Assembly (NCBI GenBank): GCA_965232265.1 | Contig: CBDDPH010000002.1 | Span: forward strand, 1,176,290 to 1,240,289 | Origin: Candidatus Latescibacterota bacterium | GTDB lineage: Bacteria > Latescibacterota > UBA2968 | Length of the DNA: 64,000 nucleotides | Direction: 5' to 3' | Shown: one piece after another, positions 29,228-38,741 of the stretch | Position numbering within the stretch: the first letter of the stretch is position 1 | How the letters are laid out: every line of letters begins with the position of its first letter | Program-made: the position numbers and the translations under genes | The notes under the pieces: model-generated | Databases searched by the model: none | What the model was told of the DNA's origin: nothing | What the model saw: only the letters and a program-made list of their open reading frames with translations

Positions 29228-32200
29228 TCAAGTTTTCAAAATACCGCCGGATGAGGGCCTGATATTCGGATGAATATCCTTCTTTGAGGGCGTCGCGCAT
29301 GAGATGGCGCAGGGGGTTGTCGGCTTCTCCCAAATCTGCGGGGAGCGATCCCGGTCCGCGATAGGTCAGATTTACGCCCGTGCGCGCCTGTCGTTTTTTG
29401 CTCTTTCCGCGCGATCTCATTGCCTGTTGGGCATCGAGCATGCGGGAGAGGATTTGTCGCTGTCGCATGAGGGTTTGAGGAGCGACCCGGCGCTGGAGCA
29501 TTTCGCGTGTGGTTTCCTGCATGTCGCTGGCGATTTTGCCCAGGTCGCCGAGCATTTCGCGCTGTTGCCGCGCCAATTCGCCGCGCAGGGCATTGAGCGC
29601 GTCCCGGATGGCGCGCTGTTGGGCCGCGAGTTTTTGCCACGAAGGTTGGCCGCCTGGCTGCCCAAATAGATTTTCGGTTTGGGCGTTGAGCGATCCCTGT
29701 TGCTGGGCGAGTTGCGCCATTTTTGCCATCATTTCTTCAAAGCCCGTACCCGATTCTGACGCGGCGAGTTGCCCCAGTGCGTTTTGTACCATCATGGCCC
29801 CGCGATTGATTTCGCCCATGGCTTCGCGGGCGAGTTGTGCGGCCTGATTGGCATTGCCCGCGTTGAGTTGTTCGGCAGCACCGGCCATTTTGTTCAGGGC
29901 CTGACCCAGGGCTGCCTGTGCGCTGGGGGGCATGAAGAAGGTTTTTTGCGAGGCGTCCATCATGCGTTGCGCCATGCGCGATGCTCCGGTTATGGCACGC
30001 GCCTGGTCCAGGGCAAGGGGCGCGGTGTCGTCGCGGTTTCCCGCCTCATTGGCGCGCTGTGTCGTGCGTTCCTGCGCCTGGGATAAGGTGAGCAAATCGT
30101 GCAATACGCGGTTGAGTTCTCTGGCGATCTCATCTTTTTGGCGCTGGACAAATTGCTGTCGGGTCTGTGCGAGGTTCTGGCTCATGTTCTGCAAGTCCCG
30201 GGCGAGCGCATCGCTATTTTGCCCCGCGCTTTGCCGTTGTCCCCGGGCGAGATCCCGGCGCACCTGATCCATGCGGGGGGTGAGTCGCTTGTTTTGTATG
30301 GCGTTGGCGAGTTGGTCGAGTTCGCCGTCGGTGGGGCTGTCCATTTTTTGCGATGCCTGTTGCAGTTCGGTGTGCAATTGTTCGGTGTCTCGGGCAATGC
30401 GCGTCTGGCGGCGGATGAGGTCTTCGACGGGTTCGCGTTGGATATTTTGCGTGATCTGATCCTGAGCCTGGGCGAGTTCTTCGAGTTTTTGGTTGAGCGC
30501 GTCGAGGGTTTGTTGTTGTTGCACGCGCCGCAAGAGAGCGAGGGTGCGGTCGATACTTTCGCGGAATTTCTCGCGCTCCATCTGAAATTGTTCGAGGGCT
30601 TCGCGCACCATGTTCGCATCGGCACTTTTGATGGCTTCGTCCAATTTTTTCATGACATCGTCGAGTTCTGGCGTGCGGATTTGCGAGAGCAATGTTTGTA
30701 ATTCTTCGAGTTTTTGCAGGGTATCGTCTTCGAGCAATCCGCTTTCTTGCAGGCGGTCGAGTGCGTGTTGGAGTTGTTCGGCTGTGGATTCAATCTGTTC
30801 GGCGAGTTGTTCTTGCGTTTGGCGCGCTTTTTCGAGTTCGCGTTTTTCCTGCCAATCGAGTTTGTCTTTGGAGAGCATATCGCGGGCGAGTTCTTTGAGG
30901 CGTGCGTCGAGTTTGCGCCCGCGTTGTTGTACGGCTTCCATCTCGTCGATGCTTTCGCGCTGTGTTTTGTCCGCTTCCCGATGGATTTCAAACAGGCTGG
31001 GCATGCGAATGGTAAAGGTGGCTGTTTCCCCATAAGAGGGCCTGGGGTTGTTGTCGTAAGCGCGGATTCTGTAGGTGATTTGATCGCTGGGGAGCAAGTC
31101 GAGGTTGGACAGGTCCCAGGGGTAAGAGGTCTCGATTTCGCGCCCGGGCGTTGTGACAATTGGCAGGATGTGGTCTGTGTCGTCGCCTTTCTGGTATCTG
31201 AGTTGCAGGCGCGAGATGCCATAGTCGTCAAAGGCTTCGGCAACGAGGGAGACGCGCATCGATTCTGTGAGGTCGATGTCCTGTCCCGGCTGCAACAGGC
31301 GCACATCGGGCGGTTGATCGGGCAGCGCGACAATGCGATATGTTACGGGATCTTTGTTGGCGATCATCTGGTTATCGCGCAAGCGCATGCGATAACGCCC
31401 GTCTTTTTTAACGATCAGGGTCGCCCGCGCAAGCGATGAAGATACGGCGGCGGGCAATTCTGTTGCGTCGTCAAATACGAGCGCGGCGGACGCGAGGGGC
31501 TTGTTGGCTTCAATGGTCAATGAGACTTCTGTGCCGATTGGTACAATGATGTCGCCGCCCTGTTGATCGATGCGGTCGGGCATGGCCGTGTGCGGCGGAA
31601 ATCGGTCGCGGTGCGAGATGCGCGTGACAATGGGGCGCGGGTGTACGGTTGCGGTGTAGATGGGGGTTTGCGCGTCGTGGGCAGATAGGCGATAGTCAAA
31701 AGACCGCGTGACATTGGGAAAGTGATGAGAGGCACCCGCTTGTCTGACCGATAAGGCAAAGGACGCCCACGTTTGTACGCCCTTTTCGCGCACATACAAA
31801 CGCGCAGTACGCGGCACAATGCCCGCAAATTGTGCGGTGAGTGTGAGAGGCTCCCCACCGACGATTTCGATATTGCCCGGTTTTAAAATTATATACGTGT
31901 CTGCCGGGCGGGTGTATGGGGTTTGTGGGTTTGCGAGGCGTTGGACTGCCCCGGACAAATCCGCGGGCCATCCCGCGTGGAGCAAGAGCGCGACGAGGGC
32001 GAGCACGACAACTGCCGTGGCAGCGCGGATGGGTGGCTTGCGGTTGATGAGCGTTTGATATGGCAGATGCTGGGTGGCGCGTTCTGCCTGGATGATTGCG
32101 GCATCCACGAGTGCGGTGGCGTGTTCTTCGCGGTCTCTTTGTCGCCACAATTGGAGCGCGTTGATCAGGTGTTGCTGGAGGCCGCCAAAGTGTTGTTCCA

Positions 32201-32480
32201 CGCGCAGTGCAATCTGGTCGAGGCTGAGAGGTCTGATAAATGGCATGACGCAGAAGCGAGCGAGCAGGTATAAGAGGCACAGGCCACACAAACTCTCCAA
32301 AATGATTTTGAGAATTGGGCGCAGGTAGAATATCGATTCGAGGATGACGAGGGCAATGCCCGCGCTGAGGATAAATACCAGCGCGAGTCCCACACCTGTC
32401 AGTGCCCGATTCGCCGCGAGCAGGGTGCGTAGCCTCGTAAGGCGGTGGGTGAGTTTTTGATGTGCGGCGTGTGAGGTCAT
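29196..32480 (-). CDS. large membrane-anchored coiled-coil protein, DUF4175-like (1094 aa)
   Basis: Two or three N-terminal TM helices, a long Gln/Glu/Arg-rich coiled-coil and a conserved C-terminal YSSEYQALIRRYFENL block reminiscent of DUF4175. Confidence 0.5.
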   Translation of the reverse strand: MTSHAAHQKLTHRLTRLRTLLAANRALTGVGLALVFILSAGIALVILESIFYLRPILKIILESLCGLCLLYLLARFCVMPFIRPLSLDQIALRVEQHFGGLQQHLINALQLWRQRDREEHATALVDAAIIQAERATQHLPYQTLINRKPPIRAATAVVVLALVALLLHAGWPADLSGAVQRLANPQTPYTRPADTYIILKPGNIEIVGGEPLTLTAQFAGIVPRTARLYVREKGVQTWASFALSVRQAGASHHFPNVTRSFDYRLSAHDAQTPIYTATVHPRPIVTRISHRDRFPPHTAMPDRIDQQGGDIIVPIGTEVSLTIEANKPLASAALVFDDATELPAAVSSSLARATLIVKKDGRYRMRLRDNQMIANKDPVTYRIVALPDQPPDVRLLQPGQDIDLTESMRVSLVAEAFDDYGISRLQLRYQKGDDTDHILPIVTTPGREIETSYPWDLSNLDLLPSDQITYRIRAYDNNPRPSYGETATFTIRMPSLFEIHREADKTQRESIDEMEAVQQRGRKLDARLKELARDMLSKDKLDWQEKRELEKARQTQEQLAEQIESTAEQLQHALDRLQESGLLEDDTLQKLEELQTLLSQIRTPELDDVMKKLDEAIKSADANMVREALEQFQMEREKFRESIDRTLALLRRVQQQQTLDALNQKLEELAQAQDQITQNIQREPVEDLIRRQTRIARDTEQLHTELQQASQKMDSPTDGELDQLANAIQNKRLTPRMDQVRRDLARGQRQSAGQNSDALARDLQNMSQNLAQTRQQFVQRQKDEIARELNRVLHDLLTLSQAQERTTQRANEAGNRDDTAPLALDQARAITGASRMAQRMMDASQKTFFMPPSAQAALGQALNKMAGAAEQLNAGNANQAAQLAREAMGEINRGAMMVQNALGQLAASESGTGFEEMMAKMAQLAQQQGSLNAQTENLFGQPGGQPSWQKLAAQQRAIRDALNALRGELARQQREMLGDLGKIASDMQETTREMLQRRVAPQTLMRQRQILSRMLDAQQAMRSRGKSKKRQARTGVNLTYRGPGSLPADLGEADNPLRHLMRDALKEGYSSEYQALIRRYFENLIEDAKKTTDD

Positions 32481-32486
32481 GAGAAT

Positions 32487-32578
32487 CAGTTGTCAGTTGT
32501 CAGTTGTCAGTTGTCGGTTGTCAGTCCCAACCACCCAACCCCGCCTTGGTGTGGCGGTGTGGGGACTGGTTACTGGTT
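32487..32578. repeat. tandem heptanucleotide repeat tracts (CAGTTGT)x5 and (ACTGGTT)x~5
   Basis: cagttgtcagttgtcagttgtcagttgtcggttgtcag (32487-32524), then a C/A-rich and G/T-rich segment, then ggttactggttactggctactgatcactg. Lies between the DUF4175 start and the DUF4159 stop. Confidence 0.7.
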
Positions 32579-32599
32579 ACTGGCTACTGATCACTGCCT

Positions 32600-33262
32600 T
32601 TAATGCGTTAGTGCCCAAATAATAACATTAGTACCCATCTTAAGTGCTTCTGTTCTCTTCTCCGGCGGGGCGTTGTGTACGTCGGGATCATCCCATCCAT
32701 CGGCGATGTCGCTGCTCGTGTTGTAAAAGACGATCAAGCGGTTTTCGTGAAATAGACCCAGCGCCTGGGGGGGATCGCCGTCGTGTTCATGGATTTTTGG
32801 CAAGCCATTTGGAAAGTGAAATGGCGTCTTGAAGAGATCAAAAGACGGGGGCAATTGAACGAGTTTTTTGTCGGGGAATGCGCGTTTGAGTTCCCGGCGA
32901 AAGGATTCGTCCAAGCCGTAGTCATCGTTGGCAAAGAGAAAGCCGCCGCGTTCGAGATAGAGGCGCAAGCGCCGCAGTTCTTCTTCGGAGAATCGGATGT
33001 TGCCGTGGCCTGTGAGAAACAGTACGGGATAGGCAAAGAGGTGTTCGTCGGTGAGCGCGACCTGGGCTTCTTGCTCGGCGGTGCGGATGGGCGTGTGTTG
33101 TTTGATAAATGCGAGCAGGTTGGGGATTTCTGTTGGGCCATTGTACCAGTCGCCGCCGCCGTCGTATTTGAGACGTGCGATGGTGAATGCCGCAGGCGGG
33201 TCTTGCAATTGCGCCAGGCTGGGCGCAGAGATTATCAGGAGTAAGAGGCAGAAATGGCGCAT
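32600..33262 (-). CDS. DUF4159 domain protein (secreted)
   Basis: Signal peptide and the ARLKYDGGGDWYNGP motif characteristic of DUF4159. Confidence 0.6.
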   Translation of the reverse strand: MRHFCLLLLIISAPSLAQLQDPPAAFTIARLKYDGGGDWYNGPTEIPNLLAFIKQHTPIRTAEQEAQVALTDEHLFAYPVLFLTGHGNIRFSEEELRRLRLYLERGGFLFANDDYGLDESFRRELKRAFPDKKLVQLPPSFDLFKTPFHFPNGLPKIHEHDGDPPQALGLFHENRLIVFYNTSSDIADGWDDPDVHNAPPEKRTEALKMGTNVIIWALTH

Positions 33263-33298
33263 GATTTTTATGACGCAAGAAAGCGGTTTTCGGTTCCG

Positions 33299-33637
33299 TC
33301 AGCGGTCTTTCACGTTGTCTATTTGCAGGATGGGAGGCTCTGTGCCAAAGGTATAAGTGCAGTCGAAGTCAACTTCGGATAAACACCGCGTATCGATTGG
33401 AAATGCCGCGCATTGTTTGGGGCGGTTTTCGTAGATGCTACAGAGGGTGTCTCCGGTGTCATTTTTGATGAGAAAGGGGCATTTGAACAGGAGTTCGCAG
33501 CAGTTGCCACACTGGTTGCATTCGCCCTGTCGGTTTTTTTCTTGTTGCGCGACGTAGGCTTTGCGAAATCGCAGCAGCACAAAGCGTCGCACTTTGCCGA
33601 TGGCTTGTTCGCGCATTTTGCCAAGGGTTCTGGGCAT
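33299..33637 (-). CDS. YkgJ-family cysteine-cluster protein
   Basis: CNQCGNCC and downstream Cys motifs (UPF0153/YkgJ). Confidence 0.7.
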   Translation of the reverse strand: MPRTLGKMREQAIGKVRRFVLLRFRKAYVAQQEKNRQGECNQCGNCCELLFKCPFLIKNDTGDTLCSIYENRPKQCAAFPIDTRCLSEVDFDCTYTFGTEPPILQIDNVKDR

Positions 33638-33753
33638 AAGAGAGTCCTATGAAAATATCCATGGTCGGGGTATGAAGGCGAGTGAGCGGTGTATAACTGC
33701 GCCAGCAGTTCAATCGAGCATGACTGGTTCAGGCCCGTTCACGACACGAAGGG

Positions 33754-33784
33754 ATGGTAGGTGCGGTTTAAAACCCGCACCTGC
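33754..33784. repeat. second copy of the palindromic element (AGGTGCGGTTT AAAACCCGCACCT) followed by a T-run
   Basis: taggtgcggtttaaaacccgcacctgcgtttattttatatttt. Shares its stem sequence with 24981-25033. Confidence 0.45.
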
Positions 33785-33786
33785 GT

Positions 33787-34929
33787 TTATTTTATATTTT
33801 CAATTTCACGCTCTGCAGCCTGTACGCCGTCTTTGGTGTCGTGAACGGCGATGGTGAGGTCGCAGTGCCGGGTTTCGCCCCCGTTGAGTGTGATAACGCG
33901 CCCGGCGTCGCGCTCAACGCTTTTGGCGTTGGGATAGTTGGTGGCGGGTTCGAGGCCTACAACGTATCCATCTGAGGTTGCTGCGGTGTTTTTCCAGAGG
34001 GTAAAGTACGGCATGTGTTTGCGTGAATAGTGGAGCGAAGACCCTATGTTGCCTTCGGCGTTTTTGAGGAGGACAGATGTGTTGCCCGCGCTGTTGCCAG
34101 CGAGTTCGTAAAAATAAACTTGTTCGATATAACCCGGGGTGGGACCGAGACATTGGTCGAAGGTGTGAAAGCCTTCCTCTGCGCGTGGGTCGCGTGGGGA
34201 GACGGTTTTGTGCGGCGTTACAATGGACGCGCCTTCTTCGAGGAGGGGTGCGCCGTAATTGCAGTGGTAGAGCAGTTGCATTTCAGCGGGTTTGTCGTTG
34301 AGGTTGGTGACTTGATCGGCGATGGTGAAGGCGTTGCTGCCGAGTTCGGTCGATATGGCTGTGGTGAGGCGCAGCGCGGGACCAAACATCATGGTTTCAT
34401 CCACGATGCCCAATACGGTGATGCGATGGGGTGGTGTCAGGTCGATTTGTACTTCGACATAACGCGCGGGTATGTTGGCGATTTTGCCGTGCAGAGGGAC
34501 AAAGACTTCGGCTTCGTTGCCGTTGTTGTCGATGACGATGTCGTTGCCGGGTGCGCCATTGCTATCGAGGCCACAGCGCACGATCCATTCGTTAAAGCCT
34601 TTTAGCCATCCCAGGCCGCCCCGGTCGTTGAGGTCGATAAAGGCCGGGTTGACGAGGTCGCGCACGGGCGATTCCCAGCCGAGGCATAAGCCGCGATACG
34701 AGCCTTTCCATATTCCCATGCCGCGCGTGGGAACGATAGAAACTGAGAGTGCGCCGTTGTCGAGTTCTATGAGGTCAACCCCGTCTTGTGTGCCGCCTTT
34801 GAGGGCGGTTTTTTGTACGCGCCATGGATATTCTGTGCCAAGTGGTAGGGTGGATTCATCGATGGTCCACGATTCGGTCCAGAGTGCGCGTTCGACATTG
34901 GTGAGAACAAAGCGATACATGCCTTCCAT
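33787..34929 (-). CDS. aldose 1-epimerase-like (DUF4432-like) protein
   Basis: Galactose-mutarotase-like beta-sandwich features; weak assignment by eye. Confidence 0.45.
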   Translation of the reverse strand: MEGMYRFVLTNVERALWTESWTIDESTLPLGTEYPWRVQKTALKGGTQDGVDLIELDNGALSVSIVPTRGMGIWKGSYRGLCLGWESPVRDLVNPAFIDLNDRGGLGWLKGFNEWIVRCGLDSNGAPGNDIVIDNNGNEAEVFVPLHGKIANIPARYVEVQIDLTPPHRITVLGIVDETMMFGPALRLTTAISTELGSNAFTIADQVTNLNDKPAEMQLLYHCNYGAPLLEEGASIVTPHKTVSPRDPRAEEGFHTFDQCLGPTPGYIEQVYFYELAGNSAGNTSVLLKNAEGNIGSSLHYSRKHMPYFTLWKNTAATSDGYVVGLEPATNYPNAKSVERDAGRVITLNGGETRHCDLTIAVHDTKDGVQAAEREIENIK

Positions 34930-35143
34930 GGGATTTCCTTCTGTGTAGGGGACAGAGGTCCTTTTTTGTTCGTCTGAATATACGGGAAAATGCGCGAGGT
35001 GAAAAGCGCAACATAAGGGCGGTTGTCAAAATGGATATAAGTCGTTATACTTTTTTATCGTATTGCCAATCATGCGAATAAAGCGTAGAAATCATAGCGC
35101 AATGACGGGCGAAAGGTTTTTCGCCCCTACAATATCCACGCCC

Positions 35144-36526
35144 ATGAACAGACAAACTTTTTTCTTTTGCGGTATTGGCGGCAGCGGCATGAGTGCTATT
35201 GCACAGGTGTTGCTGCATCAAGGCCATGCGGTGCGCGGGTCGGATCGCAGCTATGACCGCGGGCAGAATGCGGATTTGTACGCGCAATTGCAGGCACTTG
35301 GGGTGGTGTTATTTCCGCAAGATGGATCGGGCGTGGATGCAGATGTGGATGTGCTGGTGGTGTCGAGTGCGGTCGAGCCGACGATTTTGGATGTACAGGC
35401 GGGGCTGGATCGCGGTATTGCGATTTGCAAACGGGCAGAGGTGTTGGCGGACTTGTTCCATCGGGGGACGGGGATAGCCATAGGGGGGACGAGTGGCAAA
35501 TCCACAGTGACGGGAATGATTGGGCATATTTTGAACAGGACGGGACGCAATCCCACGGTGATCAATGGCGGGATCATGCGCGATGCGGTGCAACCTCCGC
35601 GATTGGGCAATGCATTGTGCGGCGATGCCGAGTTGGTCGTGATTGAGGCAGACGAGAGCGATGGTACGATTGCGCTGTACGAGCCGACGGTGGCGGTGTT
35701 GACGAATATTTCGCTGGATCACAAGCCGATGGCAGAATTGGAGTCGCTTTTTGGGGCGTTTTGCGAAAGGGCGAGCGATGCGGTGGTGGTGAATCGCAAC
35801 TGCGAGCGGTCGATGGTGTTGACGCAAGGGGTAAAGCGGCGGGTGACTTTTGGAGTGGATTGCGAAGGGGCAGATATGCACGCTGCCGATGTCGCGTTGT
35901 TGCCCGATGGCGTGCGGTGTGTTCTCAATGGACAGCCGTGTCGGTTGCGCGTACCTGGCCGGCACAATGTCGCCAATGCCGTGGCGGCGATTGCCGCGTG
36001 TGGGGTGCTTGGGATAAGCGCGAAGGATGGGGCAGAAGCATTGGGTGATTTTCGGGGGATCGGCAGGCGATTGGAGGTGGTGGGCAAAGCACAGGGGGTG
36101 ACGGTGATCGATGATTTTGCCCATAATCCAGATAAAATTGCCGCGAGTTTGGCAACGCTAAAGGCGCAGCCCGGGCGCGTGTTGTCGGTGTTTCAACCGC
36201 ACGGGTTTGGACCAACGCGATTTTTGATGGATGGACTGATTTCGGCGTATGTCAATGGGATGGACGCGGATGATCTGGTGATTATGTCGGAGATTTTTTA
36301 TGCGGGTGGGACAGCGCAAAAGGATATTTCTTCGGGGGATTTGATCGCGCAGATTGCGCGTGCTGGGCGACGGGCTGAGTATATTGAAAGGCGCGAGGAT
36401 ATCGTCGTGCGTCTGGCGGAGGAAGCGCGGGATGGCGATAGGATTGTCGTCATGGGCGCGCGGGATGATTCGCTGACGGATTTTGCGAGAGATATATTGT
36501 CGCGGATTGAGAGCAGGGTGCGATGA
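35144..36526 (+). CDS. Mur ligase, MurC/Mpl family (UDP-N-acetylmuramate--L-alanine ligase or murein-peptide ligase)
   Basis: FFFCGIGGSGMSAIAQVL N-terminus and P-loop IGGTSGKST. An LD-carboxypeptidase follows, which favours a recycling (Mpl-like) role. Confidence 0.75.
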   Translation: MNRQTFFFCGIGGSGMSAIAQVLLHQGHAVRGSDRSYDRGQNADLYAQLQALGVVLFPQDGSGVDADVDVLVVSSAVEPTILDVQAGLDRGIAICKRAEVLADLFHRGTGIAIGGTSGKSTVTGMIGHILNRTGRNPTVINGGIMRDAVQPPRLGNALCGDAELVVIEADESDGTIALYEPTVAVLTNISLDHKPMAELESLFGAFCERASDAVVVNRNCERSMVLTQGVKRRVTFGVDCEGADMHAADVALLPDGVRCVLNGQPCRLRVPGRHNVANAVAAIAACGVLGISAKDGAEALGDFRGIGRRLEVVGKAQGVTVIDDFAHNPDKIAASLATLKAQPGRVLSVFQPHGFGPTRFLMDGLISAYVNGMDADDLVIMSEIFYAGGTAQKDISSGDLIAQIARAGRRAEYIERREDIVVRLAEEARDGDRIVVMGARDDSLTDFARDILSRIESRVR

Positions 36527-37422
36527 GCTTACCTCCCAAATTACAACCCGGCGATACCGTTGGCATTATCGCGCCGTCTGGGTCTTTTGAACGCGAGCGG
36601 TTGGCTCCCGGTCTGGCGTTTTTGCGCGCGAAGGGGTTTGATGTGCGCGAAGGGGCGTCGCTTTACGCTCAGGATCGGTATTTGGCGGGGACGGATCGGG
36701 CGCGTGCCGACGATGTGAATGCGATGTTTGCCGATGGGGATGTGAAGGGTATTTTTGTCGCGCGTGGGGGGTATGGGGCTGCGCGTATTTTGGAGCTTTT
36801 GGATTGGGCGTCTATTGCCCAAAATCCAAAGGTGCTGGTGGGGTTGAGCGATACGACAGCGTTGCAGTTGGCGATTTTTGCACGAACGGAATTGGTGACA
36901 TTTTCGGGGTTTTTGCTGTGTTCGGATGTGACGGCAGCAGGCGTTGATCAGGAGACGGAGCAGGCATTGTGGGCGGCGGTGTGTTCGCATCGGTTTGCGG
37001 ACGTTGATTTAACGCCTCTGCGCGGTGGCGAGGTGACGGGCACACTTACGGGCGGATGTTTGTCGCTGGTGGCGTCGCTGGTGGGTACGCAGTTTTTTCC
37101 AGCACTGGACGGTGCGGTGCTGGTGCTGGAGGATGTGAATGAGCCCCCGTATCGCATGGATCGAATGCTGAATCAGTTGGCGATGGCCGGGGTGTTTGAT
37201 CGCGTCGCGGGTGTGATGTTTGGCGCGTTTGTGGATTGCGAACCCGAGCGCGAGACAGAGGGCCGGGTCGAAGACGTGATCGATGATTTTGCCGCACGGG
37301 TATCCTGCCCGGTTTTTTGTGGCTTGCCCTATGGACACGGCAAAGCGCGGCGGGTGCTGCCGATTGGTCTGCGCGTCAGGATTGCACGGGATGTGTTGGC
37401 ATTTCAAGGCGCTGGGGGTTAG
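36523..37422 (+). CDS. LD-carboxypeptidase (peptidase S66, LdcA-like)
   Basis: GDTVGIIAPSG N-terminus and Ser-His-Glu triad context (GLSDTTAL). Confidence 0.8.
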   Translation: MSLPPKLQPGDTVGIIAPSGSFERERLAPGLAFLRAKGFDVREGASLYAQDRYLAGTDRARADDVNAMFADGDVKGIFVARGGYGAARILELLDWASIAQNPKVLVGLSDTTALQLAIFARTELVTFSGFLLCSDVTAAGVDQETEQALWAAVCSHRFADVDLTPLRGGEVTGTLTGGCLSLVASLVGTQFFPALDGAVLVLEDVNEPPYRMDRMLNQLAMAGVFDRVAGVMFGAFVDCEPERETEGRVEDVIDDFAARVSCPVFCGLPYGHGKARRVLPIGLRVRIARDVLAFQGAGG

Positions 37423-37540
37423 AGTTGGGGACTGGCTGTGTTGAAATACGGGCGACACGCAGAGCGCGAATCCGATAAATTCGCCGTGCAATGTCTGATG
37501 AACGCAGGTGTCCATCATCTCACTTCACAGTCCCTCTTGT

Positions 37541-37610
37541 TCATCTGCGTTCATCTGCGTTCATCTGCGGATAACCTTCACACTTCACACTTCACACTTC
37601 CTACTTCCTA
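37541..37610 (+). repeat. tandem decamer (TTCATCTGCG)x3 followed by (CACTTCA)-type repeats
   Basis: ttcatctgcgttcatctgcgttcatctgcgg ... cacttcacacttcacacttcctacttccta sits just before the ATG at 37610. Confidence 0.7.
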
Positions 37611-38623
37611 TGGTTCGTTTTCTCAAATGGTTTGTCCCGATTAGCGCGGCGGTTCTGATTGTTTTATTCGCCAGTGCATACTGGTATGTGACGCCGCAAC
37701 GGATGAAGGCGATTGTGCAGCCGCGCTTGTCATCGGCTTTGGGCCGAGAGGTGATGTTCGACCGTATCGCGTGGGGGCTGTCTGAGGGCATAGTGTTTTC
37801 GGATTTGCGAGTGGAAGGCGGGGATGGTTCTGATCCCTTGTTGGTCGCGGAGCAGGTACAGGTGCCCGTGTCTCGGTGGAAGTTGTTGTCGGTTTTGGGC
37901 GCGCTGGCGCTGGAAGGTGAGAGGCCCGGGAGGGATGAGCAGAGCGATGCCGACGATGCGCCAATTCTATCCATAGATCACGTTCGGTTTCAGGATGGTA
38001 CGTTGCGGGTGAGAGGCATTGCGATTGTTTTTGATCATTTAGAGACGGCTTTGCAGGTCGAGAATAGGCGTGTAAATCTGGACCCTATTCAGGGGCAGGT
38101 GTGCGAGGGCACGCTCACGGGTGATCTGGCGTGGGATAATGGCGCGTGGGATGGCTCTGTGTCGCTTGCGAATGCTCAGGCAGAACAGGTGGTGCATTCG
38201 ATTGGCTGGGATATACCGCTTTCCGGCGCGGTGGATATAGCGATTCAGGTGTCAGGTGCAAGCGTGCGCGGTTCCGCAAGTATGGCCGAGGGGCGCATTG
38301 TGAGGTGGGCTTTTTTGCAGCGGTTGTTGCACCCGATGGCACAATGGGGTTTGATAAAGACCGATGAGGTCCCGCTCAAAGATGTGACGGTGGTTTTTCA
38401 GGTGCAGGGCGATGAGGTGATTTTGGATGGGACAAAGTTCACGGCTTCAGATATAGCGTGTGTATTAAATGGTAAGACTTTGGGTGGGCAGTTGGATTAT
38501 GTGCTGGATGTGGAGATGCCCATTCAATTTGCAGGATTTCGTTTGGGAAGCGGGACCATTCCCCTACGCATAAAAATGACCGGCATGGCAAACGCGCCAG
38601 AGGTGGCCGTGGAGATAAGATAG
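37610..38623 (+). CDS. AsmA-like / DUF748-like membrane-anchored protein
   Basis: N-terminal TM helix (FLKWFVPISAAVLIVLFASAYWY) followed by a beta-rich domain. Confidence 0.4.
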   Translation: MVRFLKWFVPISAAVLIVLFASAYWYVTPQRMKAIVQPRLSSALGREVMFDRIAWGLSEGIVFSDLRVEGGDGSDPLLVAEQVQVPVSRWKLLSVLGALALEGERPGRDEQSDADDAPILSIDHVRFQDGTLRVRGIAIVFDHLETALQVENRRVNLDPIQGQVCEGTLTGDLAWDNGAWDGSVSLANAQAEQVVHSIGWDIPLSGAVDIAIQVSGASVRGSASMAEGRIVRWAFLQRLLHPMAQWGLIKTDEVPLKDVTVVFQVQGDEVILDGTKFTASDIACVLNGKTLGGQLDYVLDVEMPIQFAGFRLGSGTIPLRIKMTGMANAPEVAVEIR

Positions 38624-38626
38624 GTT

Positions 38627-38740
38627 TTAAAGCGCGAGCGCAATGACAATGAGTATGGCGACCACTATCAAGACGATGCAGAAACCTCTGATAAAACCTC
38701 TGATAAAACCGCCCACAAATCCATCTTTGTTGTCGTCCAT
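38627..38740 (-). CDS. candidate small hydrophobic peptide (37 aa)
   Basis: AGGAAA RBS 8 nt upstream of the ATG. Product MDDNKDGFVGGFIRGFIRGFCIVLIVVAILIVIALAL, with a C-terminal TM segment. The GFIRGFIRGF stretch comes from a 12-nt tandem duplication. Shorter than the ORF-track cutoff. Confidence 0.25.
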   Translation of the reverse strand: MDDNKDGFVGGFIRGFIRGFCIVLIVVAILIVIALAL

Positions 38741-38741
38741 G

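Noticed and set aside
34943-34970. Possible hairpin plus T-run (ggggacagaggtccttttttt) upstream of the DUF4432-like gene
   Set aside because: The stem is only 4 bp (GGAC/GTCC), too weak to call a terminator.
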